A stretch of 64,000 nt of DNA from an uncultured Eubacteriales bacterium. GTDB taxonomy: Bacteria; Bacillota; Clostridia; Christensenellales; UBA1242. The stretch spans positions 3,164 through 67,163 of the forward strand of contig CAPRTS010000007.1 in the NCBI GenBank assembly GCA_948695535.1, read 5' to 3'. Of the stretch, positions 19,401 through 26,413 are shown in pieces. Under the pieces are notes generated by a model. It made no database searches. It saw only the letters and a list, made by a program, of their open reading frames with translations, and was not told the origin of the DNA. The first letter of the stretch is position 1; every line of letters starts with the position of its first letter. Position numbers and translations under genes: made by a program.

Positions 19401-21041
19401 GACGATGATCAGTTATTAACCCCCAGTACCAGTATGTACTTTTATCAAGGCGTACCAATAAATAATTACATTTTTACCATGGAAACACGCGTTAATGATA
19501 ATGGTGTAGAAGAATTGTTAGATTTGACTAATTATGAGGCGCATGGCTTACGTTTTATTCCTGCCGAAACCAGTAACCGGCAATTGGTATGGCGTAATGA
19601 AAATCAAGCGTTTCAAGAGTATGACCGTCAAAACAATACCTTGGTATGGCGTTTCGCCGTAGTGTCAAAAGATGAATTTGGACAAACGGTTTACACTAAT
19701 GATTTATATTTGGCAACTACGGGGGTTCCGCGTGCTGACATTAAAGGTTTTACGTTGGCCATTAACGAAGATAATTTGCGACCATATCACGAAACTTACC
19801 GAATTTTGACGGCTGATAAAATTCCCAGTACTGGTATTAGTTTGCGTTTGCAAACAGACAACAACAATGAAACGGGAATCCCAGATGAGTACAACACTTC
19901 CCCTGGTAATAGCGTTTTGGTTGACTGTTACCGCAATGGGGAATTGGTTAAGACTTTGACTCACGAAGAAACTTTTAACCTAACGGCGGGGGACGCTGGT
20001 TATTATCAATTCCGCGTGCACGACTTGGTAGGTAACACGTTGCAGTTTGGTAACAATGGTGCCGAACAGGATTATTATGCATTGGTAATTTTAACTAAAC
20101 CAATGGTGGTAATCAATGATGCCAATCCCGTTAAACACATGATTTATAACGATCGGGTTGAATTTAAAATTACTGATGACGTTGAGCATTTATTACAGTT
20201 AGAGTATGGCGAAGAATTTTTTAACCAATACTTTAAGATCGCCAGTTTAGAAGTTACCTGCAACGGTGAGCCGTTAACCATAGATTTAAAAAGTAATCCT
20301 ACCAGTTTCTTGTGGGATCAACAAGGTACCTACTTAGTGCGCTTAAAATACCAAATTGGTGAAACCTTACAACAAACCATTGAAGACCAATACGAATTTG
20401 AAATTATTCCGCGTTATACCGCAATGGCCAGTTGGAGTATGAATATCTATCCAGATATCCGTATTCTTTCGGTACGGCGTAACAATTATTTGCTGCGCGA
20501 CTTCGTTGAACCGGCTGTCGGAGAGGCTTTAACTTTCGCGGCTGAGGAAAATACGGGACATTACGAAATTGTTTTGCAAAGCCATGATGTGATTAACGGC
20601 TATAAAACGCATACGATTGAGTTCAACATCAATTATAAAAATAGCAATTCGTTGAACTATTTCTGGTTAGATACCGCCAGTGGCTTATCGACAACTACTG
20701 CGGTTACCCTTAGTTACCAGCCTAAAATGCTTTATTACGCACGTGGTGAATGCAGAATTACTCTCTATAAAGATTTCAAAATGGTTGAAACCCGTGAAAT
20801 TAATGCTGATTCGGTGGCCGAAATGGGAATTAACGATTTGGCGACTTTATCGGCAAGTGCTGTCGGTTTGTACACAGTTCAAGTGCTTGATGAGGAGGGT
20901 GACATTGTTTATGCTGACAGTTGGACAATTGCCAAAGGAAAAAGTTCGACAGGAATGATTATCACGGCGATTATTGCGGGTATTGCGGGGCTTGGGTTGA
21001 TTGTGTTTATTCGTTTACGTCGTAAGATAACAGTTAAATAA
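13491..21041 (+). CDS. Giant (~2,516 aa) surface protein with TM segments at both termini and repeated Ig-like modules
   Basis: Uninterrupted ORF. ATG 13491 is preceded by GGGGGAA (13481-13487); the in-frame ATG at 13476 is an alternative start. N-terminal TM: VIAVALLSTVLALLLSGFGFLLGF. C-terminal TM: MIITAIIAGIAGLGLIVFI, followed by an RLRRK tail. A duplicated NGNGQFD acidic loop is present. The module signature GxYxhxhxDxxGN recurs (see findings). Confidence 0.9.
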   Translation: MKYGRGRVIAVALLSTVLALLLSGFGFLLGFSNLQTQAGDNDNYDPYHIPTFDEAYVFDPITTSGEITLGQNAGAATIFALRDESYRSDSVTALFNASQKLGFSSLRNKRNRDPYALFTDADMQSIVNGIGMNDYGVKYDDNNGNGQFDYEDQNGNGQFDVGEDTKQDKFVAYCLQTPVIMLDTINVNQAIVFELLNLPLAPSINKMTQNGENIPIKNIVLASGQNADHVYGSSFTQTTMPMTKEEVKAFNDQKRQEIIQGNVGLNKGDPGWIDPDDPVNYLDYDAMLAKNTYEMIGAGAVASCGTSLRGVFNQEGLYEFDFTLSVPGANGVITEIKLAFAFYITDRSHYTAYPSFPDENRAAGNGNVYNYSFGGEYPMVTYNENYFDVVITSTEKYADSANDDSIQNAGDGRTLQFSAVGEYTMTSYLKNYYFYVDQADPSKSIYRELRLPRYRANVSVLYIRGFQAYYGGQHNQPEYNGPLPFYNASTVNSNITPWVTNNHYNLVDMVKNKNPDANATLAYAKLLTDVLDREDAKKEDDSTKLVPIRTNFPPVQFVGNVNHAYGAGLGGENVRLSTVSFKGVDDFSWGEPTTYEPGKPFTDAGRYLVMMYFWVNKTLCQQTFYFEISNALEMKFAVTGTEGKGYEILEYDELVRKGGRAQGKAITIMYNGATKLGEFEVPPTITLERASLNDPRHFTDIEINKATDGSFNFYLAPACYRLTVVYGAYGQAATVIELLVDNTSATNITTTAQYQQPRLSNLPTNTAIWGMGNITLSWDKKVSGIGFRNVQVDYYRSLIEDAKADPNAAINYTNYDPSQTNLFATTIFSEERTATRDYTPVLADDRWCLTEKFNQAGVYLITLTDDVGNETQYLLIIDDAKPTFVQKSPAPVNSSNVVAYDKNGINVGFGRNKMVMFNVDLANDAPFKDWQQFADLREQQLIVPTATGKYALSIPLAKAEMNVNGGVYETLSRAELELGYKIVYKDDTYYFRVTDVLGNVSEYYIILSNDISRGIIYAEDSEQSFSSTRGFLANNKPNMMTSLVTAKGGMTNRNYLTFSFDQVEKGATAYRVSTIKLEYYPFTFDTKSPNYPFAANPVTYLRGRQDSAGIIYRVDNSEQGDGKGTFRLALYNSGEITPRGLFIITRTYETTSSDDTTRAYYFIVDDRPMLSYEANVYQSDLRIRFGADDKIANAKKFEDFHYELRSNRAAEIAGYSSKYHGTTRYLGYDFPSLIPRFSCVNNGQTTNLGEGAINVVLGNESTGDVNYKLVVADNARNFPVLLTGGAITEIIPTGKSTSANYSELLLILDTGYGTKAQLIKNGQNNTPITNTQMEYDVETGVYTYVVDPDDIKTLTFEFTSDPDSLYADIDIEETTASWFTIGLDHSAYIAPEIDGTIYRYDIANTFLNSAGFRSGARVGVSLITKDNQHTDYNIVFDLDDGEPTYNLRRIIEQDNLAKDLAEIPDGYIYGLSTKFVFAPDTTGNRYLDTKEISYREVNYQGDGSLPKTIFRLDSGLTFADIVGLRDNEMKYFRITETDYAGHVDDYVVQIQGKKYNGAVTYVGAIPDKNTDDGTVLGIEMRVATASAQQFYRNNNSFKFVNGEEYYAVYCGTAKWYLNGKAGTGASSEAELVAVLNEWINDATELGQRCRYVLYDRMGEPKVFACYNLREDAVKLQLEAYNLIPDAVVTSPVCLQTVNYDSLPLILKDPDLAKFYQIKITDVATQRPLDNNLTFTLGITTLYNISQGQELIIEVTDPFNRVSITEYHGQDEVGLQFAPYGNTVDIEGVTYVGDSRGVQFSFLRTVYTINVYNADTGALVGNLPTFIQGDKVTYSFVPSALRADTTRYRLEAVGRSSHAVLYEKIFAFDTRLPQVIWTKSDDQEIAVNDHTFTGTINLHVVPNPMLRFSTTVSYQRTFNGMVEQVTLPKGIETFQFDQSGDYVVTLRNAIWATSVYNFKIANTSEALINVYDDDQLLTPSTSMYFYQGVPINNYIFTMETRVNDNGVEELLDLTNYEAHGLRFIPAETSNRQLVWRNENQAFQEYDRQNNTLVWRFAVVSKDEFGQTVYTNDLYLATTGVPRADIKGFTLAINEDNLRPYHETYRILTADKIPSTGISLRLQTDNNNETGIPDEYNTSPGNSVLVDCYRNGELVKTLTHEETFNLTAGDAGYYQFRVHDLVGNTLQFGNNGAEQDYYALVILTKPMVVINDANPVKHMIYNDRVEFKITDDVEHLLQLEYGEEFFNQYFKIASLEVTCNGEPLTIDLKSNPTSFLWDQQGTYLVRLKYQIGETLQQTIEDQYEFEIIPRYTAMASWSMNIYPDIRILSVRRNNYLLRDFVEPAVGEALTFAAEENTGHYEIVLQSHDVINGYKTHTIEFNINYKNSNSLNYFWLDTASGLSTTTAVTLSYQPKMLYYARGECRITLYKDFKMVETREINADSVAEMGINDLATLSASAVGLYTVQVLDEEGDIVYADSWTIAKGKSSTGMIITAIIAGIAGLGLIVFIRLRRKITVK

Positions 21042-21894
21042 GTACGTCAAACAATTGTCGAAAGCGATCAGTAATGTATTGTTGTGGCGCCGAAGCACCG
21101 GGTCGGTGTAAACCTAAGATGGTGAGACTGCCACCGCTGGAAAGGCAACTGCTGTCGCATAATAGACTTTCTAAATCAGTAGCAGCAGCGACGGAAATGT
21201 ATTGTGGGTCTATCAAACCCATCCGTTGCATGCAGTTATTAAATACCGTAAACATTTTATCTAAACTGTCAATTAAGATTACAACTTGTTCACCGCGACT
21301 GGCCAGTTCTTTGGCGTGGAAAAAAGCCAATAAACAAATTGTTAATTTATCGCGACTGGTTTGCGTGATTTTAGTTAAATACAGATTGCGGTAGTCCGTC
21401 AATCTTTCGGCGCGACCATCAAAAGAAAGTACAATTTGGGTAACGTTTGGTGGCAGTTGGGCGGATAAACTTGCTAAACGGTCAAGGGTGTTACTGTGGT
21501 CGTCCATGGTTAATAAAACTGTTGTGCCACAATTAACTTTACAGCCGTCCAGTTGGTAAGTTTGGGTACAGTTGACCGTGGTTACGTCATCGTAGTTTAC
21601 TTTGGTTACTTGGGCAATGTCGGTAACCAGGTAGTTATTGTAATTGGTGGCGTAATCAACAGTGGCACGAATGCGGTCGCCGGTTTGTAACTGATAATGC
21701 TGAATAAAATCACACGTTATGAAGTAGGGAACGCAATCTTCGGTAATAAAGATAGCATTACCATTGGCAAGAGTGTGGACATACCCCGTCAATTCCTGCG
21801 CATCCGGGTTCGTAACAATGCTACGCGCGTAGTTATCGTTAAGCCCGCTAATAACGTCGTCGAAAACACAAGATAGGTTGGGTAATAAAAGCAT
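21034..21894 (-). CDS. Rho-derived protein lacking the Walker A P-loop (Rho-like pseudo-ATPase)
   Basis: TGYVHTLANGNAIFITED...YQLQTGDRIRATV aligns to the Rho RNA-binding OB domain. VLSFDGRAERLTDY aligns to VLLIDERPEEVTDM. VVILIDSLDKMFTVFN aligns to VVILLDSITRLARAYN. GGSLTIL matches GGSLTII. At the PPKAGKT position the protein reads TMDDHSNT. The start was set at ATG 21894. Confidence 0.6.
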   Translation of the reverse strand: MLLLPNLSCVFDDVISGLNDNYARSIVTNPDAQELTGYVHTLANGNAIFITEDCVPYFITCDFIQHYQLQTGDRIRATVDYATNYNNYLVTDIAQVTKVNYDDVTTVNCTQTYQLDGCKVNCGTTVLLTMDDHSNTLDRLASLSAQLPPNVTQIVLSFDGRAERLTDYRNLYLTKITQTSRDKLTICLLAFFHAKELASRGEQVVILIDSLDKMFTVFNNCMQRMGLIDPQYISVAAATDLESLLCDSSCLSSGGSLTILGLHRPGASAPQQYITDRFRQLFDVLI

Positions 21895-21938
21895 AACTTT
21901 TATTTTAAGGTATAAACCAAACAAGTGTCAAACTAACA

Positions 21939-22727
21939 CTATTCAAGACAGTAGCAGTTCCCGATACGACTCTGTAAAGCAACATCGATATATAAGTCGC
22001 GTCCTTCGTGAATCCCTTGGATTGCTAAATACTGTTTAACGGTTTCGTAAGCCAAACGTGGCGTGTTGTTCTTTTCACTTAAATGCGCCAGAATAATTTG
22101 ACTGACTTGCTGTTGGTACAATTTGGCGATAGTTTTTGCACAATCTAAGTTGGATAAATGGCCACGGTTGCTTAAAATACGTCGTTTTAACCACTCTGGG
22201 TATTTGGGATTCGCCAGTAGGGTCTGTACATCATGGTTGGCCTCTAATACAACAATTTGACAAGTGCCTAAGTACGCGAGAATGGTATCGGTCATTTGCC
22301 CAATATCGGTGGCAATGCCGACCGTAGTGTTGTTGTGGGTGAAAGTGTAGCCTAAACAAAAATGGCTGTCGTGGGGAACAGGAAAGTAATTGATGGTCAA
22401 ATCACCAATGGTCGGGTTGTCGGTAAATTCCTGAAAGTAGTGGGGTGGTAATTTAGTGTAACGGCGTAAAATTCCGGTAGTTTTTTGGTGGCAATAAATT
22501 GGCGTATCATATTTAACTACAAAGTCAGCGACGCCTTTAAGGTGGTCACTGTGTTCGTGCGTAATTAAAATGCCGTCAATGCTGTTAGGGTCTATCTGGG
22601 CCTCTGCCAGTAATTTATGGGTTAACGATAATGGTAAGCCGATATCAACTAACAAGTTAGTGTTTTCGGTACCGATGAAAGTAATATTGCCTTGGCTGCC
22701 GCTACTTAACGTTTGTATTTTTAACAC
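21939..22727 (-). CDS. MBL-fold metallo-hydrolase (YycJ/WalJ-like)
   Basis: SSGSQGNITFIGTENTNLLVDIGL and ILITHEHSDHLKGV are typical of the YycJ-type MBL family. Confidence 0.85.
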   Translation of the reverse strand: MLKIQTLSSGSQGNITFIGTENTNLLVDIGLPLSLTHKLLAEAQIDPNSIDGILITHEHSDHLKGVADFVVKYDTPIYCHQKTTGILRRYTKLPPHYFQEFTDNPTIGDLTINYFPVPHDSHFCLGYTFTHNNTTVGIATDIGQMTDTILAYLGTCQIVVLEANHDVQTLLANPKYPEWLKRRILSNRGHLSNLDCAKTIAKLYQQQVSQIILAHLSEKNNTPRLAYETVKQYLAIQGIHEGRDLYIDVALQSRIGNCYCLE

Positions 22728-22748
22728 TTTGCTATTATACTAAAAAAG

Positions 22749-23339
22749 ATGAGTAAAGTTAAGAATAATTTCTTAACCGCGGGCGTATGTGTCGCTATCG
22801 CTTTTATTTGCTTGTTTGGCTATTTATATTTACAAAATATGTCTGCCGAAATCTTTATCAAACTTGGCTGGGAAACTCGTACCAGCAGTACTGACCAAGC
22901 GGCACAAATGTTCGCTAAGGGTTTTTGGTTGGCGTTTTTGTTGTATGCGGTATTACCGCCGTTGATAGAAGAATTGGTTTTTCGTTTGGCCGTCTGCAAA
23001 ACCTTGCAATGGGCACAACTTAAACCGTGGCTGATTATTAGCATCAGTGCCATATTGTTTGCGGTTTATCACCGGTCGTGGTCGCAGTTAGTTTATCAGT
23101 TAATTATGGGTATCTTCTTAGCATGGATTTTTGTGAAAACTAATAACTTAGGTTGGACAATTTTAATCCATTTTATAAATAACGCTTTTATTGTCACATA
23201 TACATATTTTGTTAGGGCCAGCAATGATGTCTTTGCCTTGAATGCAGGTAACATTATTTTGGCCATCAGTTCAGCCGTGTTGGCCACCGTTATCGTGGCA
23301 CTGTTAATTAAAAAAGGAATAACTTATGCAACCAAATAA
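22749..23339 (+). CDS. CPBP (CAAX-type) intramembrane glutamic endopeptidase
   Basis: Polytopic membrane protein with motif 1 IEELVFR, motif 2 FAVYH and motif 3 HFINN. Confidence 0.85.
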   Translation: MSKVKNNFLTAGVCVAIAFICLFGYLYLQNMSAEIFIKLGWETRTSSTDQAAQMFAKGFWLAFLLYAVLPPLIEELVFRLAVCKTLQWAQLKPWLIISISAILFAVYHRSWSQLVYQLIMGIFLAWIFVKTNNLGWTILIHFINNAFIVTYTYFVRASNDVFALNAGNIILAISSAVLATVIVALLIKKGITYATK

Positions 23340-24405
23340 ACGCTATACCGTGACCATAATCGTTTATCTTACCGCGATGGTATTATTAGTGCTGTTGCAA
23401 ATTTTGGCGTCAGTAGGTTGTTTTGCGGCTTTAAGTGACGAAGCCGTAACCATTATCGGCAGTATCTTGCCACAAATTGTAATTATGTTACTTGTGCCGT
23501 TTTTGATGCTGTTATTCGCCCAAAAGATTGGTGGCGAGCCCGTTAGTGTCCGACGCATAGTTGAACACGTTGGCTGGCACAGAATGTCGGTTAAAAATGT
23601 ATTGCTGGTCTTTTTGTTGGGGATTTGCTTATATCTATTGAACATATTTGTTGCCAGTTTCTTTGGTTTAATTTTGCAATCTTTTGGTTACCAATACCCC
23701 GATAACCCCAACGTCTTTACGGGGTGGGGGGGATTGTTAATAACACTCTTGTTAACGGCAGTCTTGCCAGCACTTTGTGAAGAATTTTTGCACCGTGGCG
23801 TTTTATTGAACGGACTGATCCCGCAGTTTGGTGTCACCCGGGCAATTCTGTTGGTAAGTTTATTGTTTGGCTTGATGCACATGAACGCAGGGCAGTTTTT
23901 TTACGCGACCATTTTGGGATGGTTCTTTTGCGTAACGGCATTGTCAGCCCGTTCGCTATGGGCCAGTGTTATTGTGCATTTTGTGAATAATGCTTTGGCG
24001 ACTTATTTCAGTTACGCCGAAGAATTGCACTTGCCCGGAATGAACATTTTAAATTATTTACTAAGTAATCCGGTGTTGGTAATTTTAACTTTATTGGTGG
24101 CTGTGGTTGCCATCGCGGAAATTCTCCGTCACTTAGCCCGTGAAAACTTTGAACGCAATTTGGATACTTATACCGTGCGTTATTTAGCGTCCCAGAACCT
24201 ATTTGACGCAAGTGATTTTGATCAAGTGAAAAATGCCTTACCCCGTGCGATTAAAAGCATGCCGACGTGGAAAGCAACCATGGCGTACATTGAAACTTTC
24301 GACGTGCCCAAGCGTTCTAAACCTTTGCCGAAAGCCTTGTTATGGGCGGTTTGCGTGTTAGGCAGTGTAATCACTATTTTATCTTTGGTGTGGGGAACCT
24401 GGTAA
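23326..24405 (+). CDS. CPBP (CAAX-type) intramembrane glutamic endopeptidase, longer paralogue
   Basis: Motifs CEEFLHR, FGLMH and HFVNN, with additional C-terminal TM segments. It overlaps the preceding CPBP gene by 14 nt. Confidence 0.85.
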   Translation: MQPNKRYTVTIIVYLTAMVLLVLLQILASVGCFAALSDEAVTIIGSILPQIVIMLLVPFLMLLFAQKIGGEPVSVRRIVEHVGWHRMSVKNVLLVFLLGICLYLLNIFVASFFGLILQSFGYQYPDNPNVFTGWGGLLITLLLTAVLPALCEEFLHRGVLLNGLIPQFGVTRAILLVSLLFGLMHMNAGQFFYATILGWFFCVTALSARSLWASVIVHFVNNALATYFSYAEELHLPGMNILNYLLSNPVLVILTLLVAVVAIAEILRHLARENFERNLDTYTVRYLASQNLFDASDFDQVKNALPRAIKSMPTWKATMAYIETFDVPKRSKPLPKALLWAVCVLGSVITILSLVWGTW

Positions 24406-24797
24406 TGGATTTTATGGCAGAGGCGGTTAAACAAGCCCGGCGGGCGGCGAAACGCGGGGAAGTACCAGTCGGTTGTGTTATTGTCCGCGAAAACCGGATT
24501 ATTGCTGCTGGCTATAACCAACGTGAACGTCGGCGTAATAGTTTGTGGCATGCAGAAATGGTGGCAATTAACCGCGCGTGTCGTAAATTAAGGTCGTGGC
24601 GTTTAGACGATTGCGTAATGTACGTGACTTTATCACCTTGTCAAATGTGTATGGGAGCGATTATTAACGCCCGCTTGCAAGCCGTTTACGTTGGTGCCGA
24701 GTCCACCAGTAACCTTAATTGGCAGACGCCAATTATTATGCAACCTAACGCCGTAGCAAAAAACATTTTAGTGGCTTTTTTTCGTGAACGGCGTTAA
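24405..24797 (+). CDS. tadA: tRNA-specific adenosine deaminase
   Basis: Motifs EVPVGCVIV, HAEMVAI and PCQMC (zinc-binding CDA fold). The start was set at the in-frame ATG 24405, which overlaps the TAA of the upstream gene. Confidence 0.9.
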   Translation: MDFMAEAVKQARRAAKRGEVPVGCVIVRENRIIAAGYNQRERRRNSLWHAEMVAINRACRKLRSWRLDDCVMYVTLSPCQMCMGAIINARLQAVYVGAESTSNLNWQTPIIMQPNAVAKNILVAFFRERR

Positions 24798-24806
24798 ACT
24801 TAAATT

Positions 24807-26327
24807 GTGAAGCAACAATTAAACAACGTAATCGCGACTTTGGGATTTATGATGTTATTTGCGGCGGCTGTTTTGGGTGTCTTGGTTGCCGTATTGTTTC
24901 TGGTTCCTGATGCCGCTTTGGGTAATATGGTGGCGGTCAATGAACGAGATACCCAAATTGTTTATTGTGACGACGTGTTAAAAACTGCATTTGCGCGGGG
25001 TAATTTTATTATCGAAAGTGATAATTGTGATGTTGTAGTACAAGTTAATACGGCAGGCTACGTTGGTGAAAGTACCGTTGTGATTAACGAAAACGCTACG
25101 GGAATCGCTTTCAACAGCCGTAAACGCACTTTGGTGGAATGGACAACTACCATGATTGAAGAAATGCCTTATTGTAAAATTCGGGTATTGGAACCAACGG
25201 GAATAGTAGTGAACAGCAAACCAACTACGGTTTATTTGAATTTATCCAGTCAAACACCGGTGCACAATTTTATTTTGCAAAATAAATACAGTAACGTGAC
25301 TTTTCGTTATGGTGATGATGTTGACCCAAACCGCGAGCATTTGTGCATTAACAATTTGGCCGTGCGCAGTGCTTCCAGTGTCACTCTACCATCTTACGAT
25401 ACAATTACAATTAACGAAGTTGCGTTAAGCTGTAACAATACTCAATTTACCTGTGGCGGTATAGTTAACGGTGGTGTTACGGTTACTGGTAACCGGGCTA
25501 CAATTAACTTTAATAACACCATTAAGGGCGATGTATTGATTAATGGTGAAATGAATAAGTTTCGAGCCAGCAAAGTCGGTAACATTGTTTTTGGTGCCCA
25601 AGAGGGTAGTTGCACCGTTAATGAATGTCAACAATTAACCGTCAATACCACCAATGCTAATATAACTGTTGACCGTATTCGGGGTGGGGTAGCAATGAAC
25701 ACCGTTAACGGCTCTTTGCAAGTTAATGAAATTACCAACGGCGGTTTGACTTTTACAGCCACAGCCACAGCCAATGTAAATGTTAGTGGTACCTTAACGG
25801 GTGATGCTGTGGTTAGAAATACTGGTGTCGGTAATGTCAATTTGCAGGGCGTTGTCGGCAATGTTGATATTGAAAGCAGTCGGGTTAACGGTGGTAATAT
25901 TGATGTTGGCTTCGGCAGTACCAAGCAATACAGCACTACGATTCGCGGTTATGACGGGGATATTACGGTACGCAATATTTATGGTGATGTGGATATTCAA
26001 GTGCGTGACAGCGGGGCTGGTGGTGCCGCAGGACGCGCCAATATTACGGCTTACTTTAACTATATTACTACCAATGCTAATAACCAAATTGTAGCAGGCG
26101 CGTACGTTAATTCGCCGTCGGGTATGGGGAATATTAACCTTTATTTACAATCTGGCTGGAATGATTTTGTTCTGTCAGTAAAAAATGCCCGTTCGGCGTG
26201 GGCCTTTGTGGGTACCAATAAGGCTCGACAATTGGTTAAGGGTGATAATGGGCTGTATGAAGGAAGTAATGTACATGTTGCGGGAAAATTAACCGTTAAC
26301 ACTCCGGCAGACTTGCGTGTGCATTAA
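24807..26327 (+). CDS. N-terminally anchored beta-helix repeat protein (DUF4097/adhesin-like)
   Basis: 506 aa with a GTG start and the TM LGFMMLFAAAVLGVLVAVLFLV. Many short repeats follow, of the type VNGG.ITV.G, GDVLING, NGSLQVNEITNGGLTF and GNVDIESSRVNGGNIDV. Confidence 0.7.
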   Translation: MKQQLNNVIATLGFMMLFAAAVLGVLVAVLFLVPDAALGNMVAVNERDTQIVYCDDVLKTAFARGNFIIESDNCDVVVQVNTAGYVGESTVVINENATGIAFNSRKRTLVEWTTTMIEEMPYCKIRVLEPTGIVVNSKPTTVYLNLSSQTPVHNFILQNKYSNVTFRYGDDVDPNREHLCINNLAVRSASSVTLPSYDTITINEVALSCNNTQFTCGGIVNGGVTVTGNRATINFNNTIKGDVLINGEMNKFRASKVGNIVFGAQEGSCTVNECQQLTVNTTNANITVDRIRGGVAMNTVNGSLQVNEITNGGLTFTATATANVNVSGTLTGDAVVRNTGVGNVNLQGVVGNVDIESSRVNGGNIDVGFGSTKQYSTTIRGYDGDITVRNIYGDVDIQVRDSGAGGAAGRANITAYFNYITTNANNQIVAGAYVNSPSGMGNINLYLQSGWNDFVLSVKNARSAWAFVGTNKARQLVKGDNGLYEGSNVHVAGKLTVNTPADLRVH

Positions 26328-26345
26328 ACATACGGCCGTTTTTAC

Positions 26346-26374
26346 TTGACCAAAGGTGAAATAAAAAATATAAT
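26346..26374 (+). promoter_or_regulatory. Near-consensus sigma-A promoter of the 6,804-aa gene
   Basis: TTGACC (26346-26351), a 17-nt spacer, then TATAAT (26369-26374). Confidence 0.6.
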
Positions 26375-26413
26375 TTATACATACTAGGTTGATGGGGAAT
26401 TGGGGGTAACCAT

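Noticed and set aside
9851-21041. The T4CP region as part of an integrative conjugative element.
   Set aside because: I saw no relaxase, VirB4-like ATPase, integrase, att-like repeats or compositional shift around it. The neighbours are Ppx/GppA and chromosomal surface-protein genes.
24342-24404. An upstream start for tadA, which would add 21 codons.
   Set aside because: The extension lies inside the 3' end of the CPBP gene and is not TadA-like. ATG 24405 gives the canonical N-terminus (MDFMAEAVKQA...).
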